This document shows, one piece after another, positions 8,409 through 13,699 of a stretch of 13,699 nt of DNA. The notes beneath the pieces are model-generated. The model saw only the letters and a list, made by a program, of their open reading frames with translations. It searched no databases and was not told the DNA's origin. The position numbers and the translations under genes are program-made. Position 1 is the stretch's first letter. The number at the start of each line of letters is the position of its first letter. The stretch covers positions 1 through 13,699 of the forward strand of contig JAWOBU010000105.1 in the NCBI GenBank assembly GCA_046484135.1. The letters run 5' to 3'. This stretch comes from a bacterium. GTDB lineage: Bacteria; RBG-13-61-14; DATKZS01.

Positions 8409-8625
8409 GTGCCTGTTGCGAAACTCCGTTTTGGAGTGCGAAAGCTTGCTTTCGCTTTCATTAGTCCCGGCTTGCCGGGACTAAAAAAGGCGCTCCGTAA
8501 ACTATGGGCCTTTTGTAGAGCTGATTTCCGGGAAGCAAGCTTCCCGGCAGACAAAGCGGCAGCAAGCTGCCGCACTCCAAAGTGGCGCACCAGAGCCGGC
8601 AAAAACTCCCTTTCGCAACAGGCAC
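8409..8625. mobile_element. MITE-like non-autonomous element (217 bp) with 15-bp TIRs and 6-bp target-site duplication
   Basis: GTGCCTGTTGCGAAA (8409-8423) and its exact reverse complement TTTCGCAACAGGCAC (8611-8625), extendable to 20/24 matches. Flanked by the direct repeat TATTTA at 8403-8408 and 8626-8631. No transposase ORF. Confidence 0.8.
8430..8581. repeat. Inverted pair of REP-like palindromes enclosing two further hairpins (REPIN-like)
   Basis: TTTGGAGTGCGAAAGCTTGCTTTCGCTTT (8430-8458) versus the reverse complement of 8553-8581, TTTGGAGTGCGGCAGCTTGCTGCCGCTTT (25/29 identical). Inner perfect hairpins TTAGTCCCGGC-TT-GCCGGGACTAA (8461-8484) and CCGGGAAGC-AA-GCTTCCCGG (8528-8547). Confidence 0.75.
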
Positions 8626-8675
8626 TATTTAAGGAGACTTCGGTGAGCTCGAGCCAAGCTGCTCTTTACCAGGCG

Positions 8676-9470
8676 CTACTCCCCCTTGAACTCCGGCTTC
8701 CTTTTTTCCACGAACGCCCGGACAGCCTCGGCGTAATCCGCGGTCCTGGACATCTCGATCTGGGTGTTGCGCTCGATGACCGCCTGCTGGTCCGGCGTGA
8801 TGTGGTAGCTGTTCCACAAAAGCTCCTTGGTGCGGGCCACCGCCAGCGGAGGCGCCTTGGCGAGCTTTCGCGCCAGCTCCAGGGTCTCGTTCTCCAGGTC
8901 GGCGGGTTCGACCACGCGGGAGACGATCCCGATCTTGTAGGCTTCGTCCGCTGACACGTTCCTGGCGGTAAGGCACAGCTCGCGGGTTTTTTTCATGCCC
9001 ATGATGCGGGGCATGAGCACGGTGGCGAGCCCGCCGGGGATAAGCCCCAGCTTGATAAAGGACTGGCAGAACACGGTGTCGCTGGTGGCCACCGCCAGGT
9101 CGCAGGCCATGACCAGGTCGAAGGCGGCGCCGTAGGCGAACCCGTGTACCGACGCTATCACCGGTTTTTGAAGCTCGGGGACCGCGGCCACCGCGGAGTA
9201 GACCTCTTCGGTAAGACGGTCCATGTACTCGGCAGGGTCGCCTTCCAGGCTCTCCTGCATGTCCTTTATGTTGCCGCCGGAGCTGAAGGCCCTTCCCGCG
9301 CCTTTTATGATGATGACCCGCACGGCCGGGTTCTCGTCCAGTTCCGCCAGGGCGGCTCTAAGCTCGCGCGCCGTATCAATTCCAAGCGCGTTCAGCCTTT
9401 CCGGCTGGTTCAGAATTATTCTCGCGGTTTTGTCTTCTCCGGTTTCGATCTGCAGGCAATGGTATCCCAT
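8676..9470 (-). CDS. Enoyl-CoA hydratase/isomerase (crotonase) family protein
   Basis: Motifs LNQPERLNAL, GAGRAFSSGGN, KPVIASVHGFAYG, ACDL, KLGLIP, ADEAYKIGIVSRVV and AFVEKRKPEFKG. SD GGAGAGG upstream of ATG 9470. Confidence 0.95.
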   Translation of the reverse strand: MGYHCLQIETGEDKTARIILNQPERLNALGIDTARELRAALAELDENPAVRVIIIKGAGRAFSSGGNIKDMQESLEGDPAEYMDRLTEEVYSAVAAVPELQKPVIASVHGFAYGAAFDLVMACDLAVATSDTVFCQSFIKLGLIPGGLATVLMPRIMGMKKTRELCLTARNVSADEAYKIGIVSRVVEPADLENETLELARKLAKAPPLAVARTKELLWNSYHITPDQQAVIERNTQIEMSRTADYAEAVRAFVEKRKPEFKGE

Positions 9471-9500
9471 GTTCCTCTCCTTGGCACGGTAGTGGCCTTA

Positions 9501-9530
9501 TTTATATCATGAGCATCCGCCCCCGCTCAA
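9501..9530 (-). promoter_or_regulatory. Putative sigma70 promoter for the crotonase-family gene
   Basis: Minus strand TTGAGC (9530-9525), 18-nt spacer, TGn-TATAAA (9509-9501). Confidence 0.45.
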
Positions 9531-9559
9531 TTGACCCTTTTCAAGTTCCTTGTTAGATT
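9531..9559 (+). promoter_or_regulatory. Putative sigma70 promoter for the HEAT-repeat/YfhO genes
   Basis: TTGACC (9531-9536), 17-nt spacer, TG at 9551-9552 and TAGATT at 9554-9559. Confidence 0.55.
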
Positions 9560-9572
9560 CTTAAATGGTGTT

Positions 9573-10136
9573 ATGGAGCAGAGACGCAAGGTACTTATCA
9601 AGATGCTCAAGGACCCGAGCGAGGACGTTCGGCAGAGCGCAGCCGAGGCCCTGGAGCGGCTGGAAGGGCTTCAGAACCTTGATTCTCTGGTCCACAAGTA
9701 CAAGACGGGCGACAAGCCGACCCGTCTCAAGGTCCTTTACGCCATGGGCAAGCTCGGCTCGGACGATTGCCTGCCCATTCTTATCCACGCCTTGAGCTCG
9801 GAGGAAGAGGACATCCGGGCGGCCGCGGTCCGGGTACTGGGAGACCTCGCGGACGAGCGCACTTTACAGCCTCTTTTGAACCTTTTGCAGGACCCGAGCC
9901 CGACCATCCAGTCGGAGGCGGTCGAGGCCCTCGGAAACTTTCGCCATCCCGACCTTCCCAGGCATCTGCTTCCTCTTCTCGACCATGACAACAAGTACCT
10001 GGTCAAGGCGGCGCTCCACTCGCTGGGCCGCCTTAACGCGGTCGAGGCCATGGACAAGATCATGGCCCTGGCCGAGCACCGCGAGGACGACATCAGAAGG
10101 ACCGCGGCCGAGGTCATGGGCCGGATCGAGGGATAG
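9573..10136 (+). CDS. HEAT-repeat (PBS-lyase-like) protein, 187 aa
   Basis: About six tandem ~31-aa units of type L.D....VR..AA.ALG.L (e.g. LKDPSEDVRQSAAEAL, LSSEEEDIRAAAVRVLG, LQDPSPTIQSEAVEALG). Start placed at ATG 9573 because TTG 9531 coincides with the predicted -35 box. Confidence 0.88.
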   Translation: MEQRRKVLIKMLKDPSEDVRQSAAEALERLEGLQNLDSLVHKYKTGDKPTRLKVLYAMGKLGSDDCLPILIHALSSEEEDIRAAAVRVLGDLADERTLQPLLNLLQDPSPTIQSEAVEALGNFRHPDLPRHLLPLLDHDNKYLVKAALHSLGRLNAVEAMDKIMALAEHREDDIRRTAAEVMGRIEG

Positions 10137-10167
10137 GCTTCATGATTTCCTTTTCTCGGGTGCTTCC

Positions 10168-12423
10168 ATGAAAGAGGATTTTTCCGGCCGGACGCGGGAG
10201 TCCCCTGTTTTATGGACGGGGGCCCTGGTTCTCATGTGCGCGGTGGTGGCCTTTTATCCTTTGCTGTTGGGGCGCACCATTGTTGACGCCCCGCAGTCCA
10301 TAGACATCGGGAACCAGTGGATACCGTTCTCCGCCTTTGTAAAGCAGTGCTATCTCCACTTCACCTTTCCGCTGTGGGACCCCCACGATCTGTGCGGCAT
10401 GCCGTTTCTGGCCTTTCCCCATACCGAGTCCCTGTACCTGCCCTGGGTGATCGAGCACCTTGTCGCGCCTTCCTTCCACGTGGCCACATCTCTGAACGTG
10501 TTTTTTCACCTCAGCCTGGCCGCCCTGTCCGTGTTCTCGCTCTTGACCGGATCAGGCCGCACTTATACCAGCGCCTTTTGCGGGGCCGTGGGGTTCGCGT
10601 TCGCCGGCTTGTTTTTTTCCTATATAAACTTCCCGCCTTCTCTGGCCACCTGCGCCTGGCTGGCCTTCTGGTACGCTATGCTCTTCCGGGTTCTTGCCCG
10701 GCCGAGCTTTATCTACTTTGTGCTGTGCCTGGCTGGCTTCTCCGGCATGATTATGGGCGGAGACCTGGAGACCGCGGTTTACGGCGTGCTGGGGGCCTGC
10801 TTCGAGGTTGTCCTGCGGATCAGAGAGAGGACCATTAATTGGCACGGGCTTTTCTGCGCCTGCCTGGCGGTGGCCGGCGGAGTGCTTCTTTCTTTTCCCC
10901 AGCTTCTTCCGGCGCAGGAGATGCTGGACCTGTCCATCCGCACCAAGGGCTTTACTTCCGGCGACGTGTTCGTAACCCACCTTTTGCTGCCGGTCAAGAT
11001 GCTTTTCCACTTTCCCAGGCCCTCCTTTCTTTTTTATCCTTCCAATAACGGGCTCAACGCTTACTACCTGGGGGCCTTTTTCATTCTTCTTATTGCACCG
11101 GCCCTTCGCTTCCACTACAGCAGAAGACGGCTTTACATCTTTCCGGCGGCCGCGATTTACATGATTCTCATGTACTCTTATCCTTTTAACACGTTTACCT
11201 CGCACATCCCGGTTCTGGGACAGATGATCCTTTCTTTCCGGGCCCTGCCGGTAATAAACCTGTTCTTTTTCATGGCGGTCTGCTACGCCCTGGACCGGTG
11301 GATTAAAGGGGAGGGCAATAAAGACAAGAAGGCCGCCCGTCTGCCCTTCAACCGGGCGGGCGCCGCCTACCTGTTGGGTTACGGGCTCTTGACCCTGGTG
11401 TCTCTGTACTGGTTCCGGTTCGCCGCGGGCTGGCGACTGTTTTTCGTGGCCGCTTTTGTTATAACCGGTTTTTTCGGGCTGTTTCCGAAAAACCGCTGGT
11501 CCGCGCAGCTTCTCCGCCGCAAGCGGGCAGTGGCGGTGGCCCTGGTGGTACTCGACATCTACTTCCTGGCGCTGGGATGGGAGCCGCGTACCGACCCTGC
11601 CGTCTTCCGGGTGGACCAGCGGGTGTCATCAGTGCTCTCCCACACCGCAGGCGACACCCGCTATCATATCCTGTCCAGCAACGGAATCTTTGATACCGAT
11701 CTCCTGTTTCACCTCGGCCTGCGCATTGAGGCGGACAACATTGCAACATTCGTCCGGGTGCCGCCGGAAAAATCCGCCCGGCGACTGGCGCTCCTTTACC
11801 CGTCCCTGCTTCAGTACGAGGACGAGAGGCTCGTGCATTACGAGCAGCACGAAATACGCAATCCCGACAACCTGGACCGGGACAAGGCGTGGCTTTTGAA
11901 CCGGATGAACGTGGGCATGATCCTGTCCCGCCATCCGGCCGGCAACCTGCCCGGCCTGGAGCTTAAGCCCGTATTAAAGGACAACTCATCCGGGAGGCAG
12001 AGTCTCTATGCCTATAAAAACCGGAACGCCATGCCGCGGGCGGTGCTCTGGAACGAGAAGCGTTCAGGCTTTTTTCCGGCAGAGGTCGAGTACCCTTCCC
12101 CCAATTCGGTCAGGATAGATATTCCCCGGGGGGCCCCGCCTTCGTTGCGCCGTCTTCATATCTCCGACTCCTACTACCCCGGTTGGCGGGCCTGGCAGGG
12201 AGATAAAGAGCTCAAGATAGAGACCGGAAAGCTGGGTTTTCGAAGCTTGCAGCTTGAAGGCAACGGCAGGCAGGTCATCATGAGGTTTATTCCCGTGTCC
12301 TTCCGGGTAGGCCTGTGGACGGGGCTGGCATTCGGAGCGGGAGTACTGGTCTTTCTGGCGGCGTATCTGCGAAGGCGCACGCGCCAGGAAAAAAGCGAGC
12401 CATGCTTCCAAGACGACCCGTAA
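10168..12423 (+). CDS. YfhO-like polytopic membrane protein (putative GT-C glycosyltransferase), about 751 aa
   Basis: Many hydrophobic helices, N-terminal PLWDPHDLCGMPFLA, C-terminal ISDSYYPGWRA and a final TM helix. The first 61 aa of the ORF-track call overlap the HEAT gene and look spurious, so the start is set at ATG 10168. Confidence 0.8.
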   Translation: MKEDFSGRTRESPVLWTGALVLMCAVVAFYPLLLGRTIVDAPQSIDIGNQWIPFSAFVKQCYLHFTFPLWDPHDLCGMPFLAFPHTESLYLPWVIEHLVAPSFHVATSLNVFFHLSLAALSVFSLLTGSGRTYTSAFCGAVGFAFAGLFFSYINFPPSLATCAWLAFWYAMLFRVLARPSFIYFVLCLAGFSGMIMGGDLETAVYGVLGACFEVVLRIRERTINWHGLFCACLAVAGGVLLSFPQLLPAQEMLDLSIRTKGFTSGDVFVTHLLLPVKMLFHFPRPSFLFYPSNNGLNAYYLGAFFILLIAPALRFHYSRRRLYIFPAAAIYMILMYSYPFNTFTSHIPVLGQMILSFRALPVINLFFFMAVCYALDRWIKGEGNKDKKAARLPFNRAGAAYLLGYGLLTLVSLYWFRFAAGWRLFFVAAFVITGFFGLFPKNRWSAQLLRRKRAVAVALVVLDIYFLALGWEPRTDPAVFRVDQRVSSVLSHTAGDTRYHILSSNGIFDTDLLFHLGLRIEADNIATFVRVPPEKSARRLALLYPSLLQYEDERLVHYEQHEIRNPDNLDRDKAWLLNRMNVGMILSRHPAGNLPGLELKPVLKDNSSGRQSLYAYKNRNAMPRAVLWNEKRSGFFPAEVEYPSPNSVRIDIPRGAPPSLRRLHISDSYYPGWRAWQGDKELKIETGKLGFRSLQLEGNGRQVIMRFIPVSFRVGLWTGLAFGAGVLVFLAAYLRRRTRQEKSEPCFQDDP

Positions 12424-12450
12424 GAAAAAAGTCATGCGGAAAAAGTGAGT

Positions 12451-12705
12451 TTATTCTTCTTCATCCTCTTGGCGCTCCAGGAAATCGTCAATGAGTTCCC
12501 GCGCGCGTTCTTCCTGCTCGGGCGGGACCAGGAGCACCTGGAGGGTGTACTGGCTCTTGGTCTCGTGGGCGACCTTGCTCTGCAGGGGCTCGCTGGTTAC
12601 GTCCTGGATCATCTTCACTTCTATTTCGTCGCCCATGAGGTAGCTCATCACCAGGGTCGCCTCCTGAATCTCGCCCCGGAAAACCGGGCGCAGGTCTTTT
12701 GACAT
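12451..12705 (-). CDS. DUF2007-like small protein (putative prokaryotic signal-transducing protein), 84 aa
   Basis: Pattern EA.LV.SYL....I followed by V.V..EQEERARELI, with an acidic tail. SD GAGGAG upstream of ATG 12705. Confidence 0.75.
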   Translation of the reverse strand: MSKDLRPVFRGEIQEATLVMSYLMGDEIEVKMIQDVTSEPLQSKVAHETKSQYTLQVLLVPPEQEERARELIDDFLERQEDEEE

Positions 12706-12758
12706 TTTCTCTTCTCCTCATCTTGTCCGCTTGAGGATGATTCAAGCTCTTTAGTTCA

Positions 12759-12786
12759 AGTTTGCGGAAACGGCCGCGTTTGTCAA
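12759..12786 (-). promoter_or_regulatory. Possible sigma70 promoter for the DUF2007-like gene
   Basis: Minus strand perfect TTGACA (12786-12781), 16-nt spacer, weak -10 CAAACT (12764-12759). Confidence 0.35.
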
Positions 12787-12893
12787 GGCGCGAAGCCCTG
12801 TTTGGCGAGAAATCAAGAACGCCTGCCAACTCGGGCATAATCGGGACGCCAAAACGAATAGAAAGCAGAGGAAAAAAGGGTCTGAAAACCCGC

Positions 12894-12923
12894 TTGACAG
12901 AGGATGAGCGTGTTGTGTAAGGT
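12894..12923 (+). promoter_or_regulatory. Possible sigma70 promoter for the small ORF/DUF4230 unit
   Basis: Perfect TTGACA (12894-12899), 18-nt spacer, TAAGGT (12918-12923), with an A-rich upstream region. Confidence 0.45.
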
Positions 12924-13030
12924 GAAACTGTCTGTTGATGGATCTTCACGGGCGGGAACGTGGACAGGAGTTATGAAAAACTAAAAGAGGGCTCTAAGTT
13001 CTCGTTGGACCGTAACAAGGAGGAATGACA

Positions 13031-13105
13031 ATGTATAAGTATATAATCGGCGCCGTGGTGGTTGTGGCAGCTCTTCTTATTATCTTGCGTTTTGTGTCCT
13101 GCTGA
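13031..13105 (+). CDS. Small single-pass membrane peptide, 24 aa (MYKYIIGAVVVVAALLIILRFVSC)
   Basis: Perfect SD AGGAGG (13018-13023) 7 nt before ATG 13031. A 15-residue hydrophobic run (I5-L19) is flanked by K3 and R20. TGA at 13103-13105. Not in the ORF track. Confidence 0.65.
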   Translation: MYKYIIGAVVVVAALLIILRFVSC

Positions 13106-13138
13106 ATCCACAACGATGGAAAAGGGTGCGGCCTGGAC

Positions 13139-13699
13139 ATGAGCGGCTCAAAGCAAAGTAAAACCGGGCTCCGCCAAAAAGCGCGATACGTCGTTTATGT
13201 ACTTGTCGCGTTTCTTGTCGCACTCGCTCTGGTGGTCTTATCGCCATCCATCTCTCCTGTGATAAAAAGCCTTGTCGCCTGGCAGCAAGTGCAGGAGCAG
13301 ACCCTGGAGGTGTTGCATCGAGAGCAACTGAATTTTCTGGTCACCGACCGCATAGTTACCCAGACCATTGTGGAATCGGAAGAGAACAACCTTTTTCTGG
13401 GGAAGCGGCACGGCTATATGATAGCCAAGGTTTCCCTATACTACGGCGTGGATTTGGGGAAGGTGTCCAGGGAAGACATCAGCCGGGAAGGGACGCAGAT
13501 ATTCATCTCCATTCCCGACCCGGAAGAGCTGACTTTTTCGGTGGACCTCGAGTCCATGCGCTATCTCACCAAAAGGTCGGGTCTTCAGGTTCTGACGGAT
13601 TGGGCAATGGACCGGAATCAAAAAGCCGAACTGCGCTCCCAGTTCAAGGGAGCAACCTATCATTTCCTGCGCCAAGAGGACCTTTTGCCGGAACGCGAA
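13139..13699 (+). CDS. DUF4230-like membrane-anchored protein (partial, runs off the window end)
   Basis: Own translation gives MSGSKQSKTGLRQKARYVVYVLVAFLVALALVVLSP...YYGVDLGKVSREDISREGTQIFISIPDPEE..., open for 187 codons. Basic N-terminus, one TM helix and a G.DL...I.I.P.P pattern typical of DUF4230. Confidence 0.7.
   Translation, partial: MSGSKQSKTGLRQKARYVVYVLVAFLVALALVVLSPSISPVIKSLVAWQQVQEQTLEVLHREQLNFLVTDRIVTQTIVESEENNLFLGKRHGYMIAKVSLYYGVDLGKVSREDISREGTQIFISIPDPEELTFSVDLESMRYLTKRSGLQVLTDWAMDRNQKAELRSQFKGATYHFLRQEDLLPERE

Noticed and set aside
8409..8625. CRISPR array, integron attC or tRNA interpretation of the hairpin cluster
   Set aside because: The repeats are inverted rather than direct with spacers, and there are no RYYYAAC/GTTRRRY ends, cloverleaf, or cas/integrase genes.
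8352..8976. ORFs 8352-8954 (+), 8402-8602 (-) and 8629-8976 (-) as real genes or a transposase
   Set aside because: They run across the terminator, the palindromic element or the crotonase gene, with no DDE or HUH motifs.
9985..10167. N-terminal 61 aa of the 812-aa ORF
   Set aside because: Overlaps the HEAT gene in another frame and has the R/S/W/P-rich composition of off-frame translation.
12445..12949. ORFs 12445-12702 (+) and 12488-12949 (-)
   Set aside because: Antisense or alternate-frame overlaps of the DUF2007-like gene and the promoter region, without supporting signals.
12966..12984. Minigene ATG-AAA-AAC-TAA after AGGAG, and scattered GGA motifs suggesting CsrA sites
   Set aside because: The SD-ATG spacing is only 2 nt, and the GGA motifs are not in repeated hairpin loops.

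Overview
GC-rich bacterial DNA. Gene order and protein style suggest an anaerobic deltaproteobacterium-like organism, which is inference only. Positions 537-8329 hold a Wood-Ljungdahl carbonyl-branch operon: a 73-aa unknown ORF followed by acsD, cooS/acsA, acsB, acsC and acsE. It has an AT-rich leader with an extended -10 promoter and ends in an intrinsic terminator. A 217-bp non-autonomous element (8409-8625) sits in that terminator's T-tract. It has perfect 15-bp terminal inverted repeats and a 6-bp target-site duplication (TATTTA), and carries four hairpins arranged symmetrically, including an inverted REP-like pair with compensatory substitutions. The rest of the window holds a crotonase-family gene with atypical catalytic residues (-), a HEAT-repeat gene and a YfhO-like membrane glycosyltransferase (+), a DUF2007-like gene (-), a 24-aa single-TM small ORF absent from the ORF track, and a DUF4230-like gene truncated by the window end. 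The small ORF's Cys-TGA end is in frame with the DUF4230-like gene. The best novelty candidates are the MITE/REP composite, the leading ORF of the acs operon and the small ORF.
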